Shown here: one piece after another, positions 63,417 through 64,000 of the stretch
Position numbering within the stretch: position 1 is the stretch's first letter
Layout of the letters: each line of letters starts with the position of its first letter
Assembly (NCBI GenBank): GCA_964016885.1
Contig: OZ024740.1
Span: 123,876,001 to 123,940,000 of the forward strand
Reading direction: 5' to 3'
DNA: 64,000 nt
Source of the DNA: Eledone cirrhosa
Taxonomy: Eukaryota
The notes under the pieces: generated by a model
Told to the model about the DNA's origin: nothing
What the model saw: only the letters and a program-made list of their open reading frames with translations
Database searches by the model: none
Program-made: the position numbers and the translations under genes

Positions 63417-64000
63417 TATATATAGACATATATACATACACACAACCCATGCCAGCATGGAAACATAGAAGATCCTCCTCACAATATTGATTCTTCCCAC
63501 CTTAGTCTTCCCCCATTCATATCTTTGATTTTTCCTCCCCCTCATTCTCTCTCTAACACCAACCCCCACAAACTAATACTCAGTGGACAGAAAACTGGGC
63601 TAAGTGTGTAGAGGTACAAGTGGCCTACGTCAACAGGGATTAGCAATTGAACCCTACCAAGTATATCATTCTTTTCTTTTTAGCCTAAAGTTTTTTTATT
63701 AACAGACCTCATATATTTTCATATATGCATGTATGTAAGTATGTATGTATGTTTGAGCATTTACCTTTGTGTCAATACTTCACATATGACACTGCTAATA
63801 CAGATGGTGACAATATGCTTATGTCCCACATAAGTAAATTCAATACGCCATTTTAAAATAAAAGTAAGTCTTGATGTCATTAAGGGCATTCTGTCATAGA
63901 ACATTGCTTGGTAAACATTTCATACAAACTATAAAAGTATGGTAAAATGGACATAAAACCTATGAGGATGATGGTAATGATGAGTATGATAAATTCTTGA

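Overview
AT-rich animal genomic DNA, most likely a coleoid cephalopod such as Octopus (inferred from the repeat content, not shown by a marker gene). No host gene is confidently identifiable; two weak minus-strand exon candidates are listed. The window is almost entirely decayed mobile DNA: many 5'-truncated RTE LINEs with (GAT)n tails, two tRNA-derived SINE families, CR1-, CRE- and L1/Tx1-type fragments, two Tc1/mariner relics and at least seven Penelope-like element (PLE) fragments with RT and/or GIY-YIG domains. The main hidden structure is about 16 minimal type-I hammerhead-ribozyme (HHR)-like motifs in several sequence families. They include U3:A8 and U4C core variants and mostly have palindromic stem III. 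Many lie in inverted-repeat cassettes (250 bp to 4 kb) bounded by (TA)n tracts, and several cassettes have fold-back hairpins at the inversion junction. HHRs in PLEs are a known association; the density, core variants and junction structures are what stand out. All coordinates and pairings were read by eye.
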